A DNA stretch of 62,066 nt, counting the filler, from Dugesia japonica (Eukaryota), in NCBI GenBank assembly GCA_001938525.1. It is 6 parts of 6 records of this genome, joined end to end, with 100 filler letters (N's around TTAATTAATTAA, not from the genome) between each part and the next. Parts side by side here need not be neighbours in the genome. Positions count along the whole stretch, not along the records: positions 50,278 to 62,066 come from MQRL01542632.1; 5 more parts are not named here. The stretch is one strand, 5' to 3'. The notes under the pieces were generated by a model. It worked only from the letters and a program-made list of their open reading frames with translations. It made no database searches and was not told where the DNA came from. Positions 61,891 to 62,066 of the stretch are shown piece by piece. Positions within the stretch are counted from its first letter, which is position 1; every line of letters begins with the position of its first letter. A program made the translations under genes and the position numbers.

Positions 61891-62066
61891 GGAATTAAAT
61901 TTTGTATAATCAAATATATTTGACTTTTAAACTAATTTTTATTGGAAATAAAAATTAAAATATTTTATAATATTCAATACTTGTTTCTGCAACCTCTCTT
62001 TCAATTTGAGCTGAAATAAAATTGATTTATTGTTAATATATCTTCATTATTATTATTATTATTATT

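Overview
Very AT-rich animal (eukaryotic) draft-genome sequence, not prokaryotic. It is a concatenation of about six contigs joined by artificial N-TTAATTAATTAA-N linkers (9927, 19438, 31309, 40058, 50222), so adjacency across linkers means nothing. Short 40-50 nt GT-AG introns, (TAA)n tracts and the repeat content suggest a flatworm or other lophotrochozoan (inference only). Host genes are a spliced kinesin-12/KIF15-like gene (minus, ~32.5-38.3 kb) and the last exon of a death-domain protein. Most other recognisable sequence is decayed mobile DNA: a Polinton/Maverick (adintovirus-like) cluster with major capsid, PLA2, integrase, packaging ATPase, a pX-like core protein and an ACTACT terminus; five Gypsy LTR elements; maT (DD37D), mariner, Tc1/IS630 and hAT remnants; a Penelope GIY-YIG remnant; and an R2/NeSL-like remnant. 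Best candidates for something new: (1) a compact virus-like cassette at 5.6-9.6 kb with a minimal intronless TBP-fold gene, a possible SSB and a GC-rich AGT-type end, whose terminal motif recurs at 1941-1961, ~560 bp beyond a hidden >=460-codon ORF; (2) a dispersed ~100-bp repeat family carrying minimal hammerhead ribozyme cores; (3) a 17-bp GC-rich motif scattered through Polinton DNA, including in frame inside the integrase; (4) a covarying -1 frameshift signal shared by two Gypsy copies. All translations outside the ORF track were done by eye and no database searches were run.
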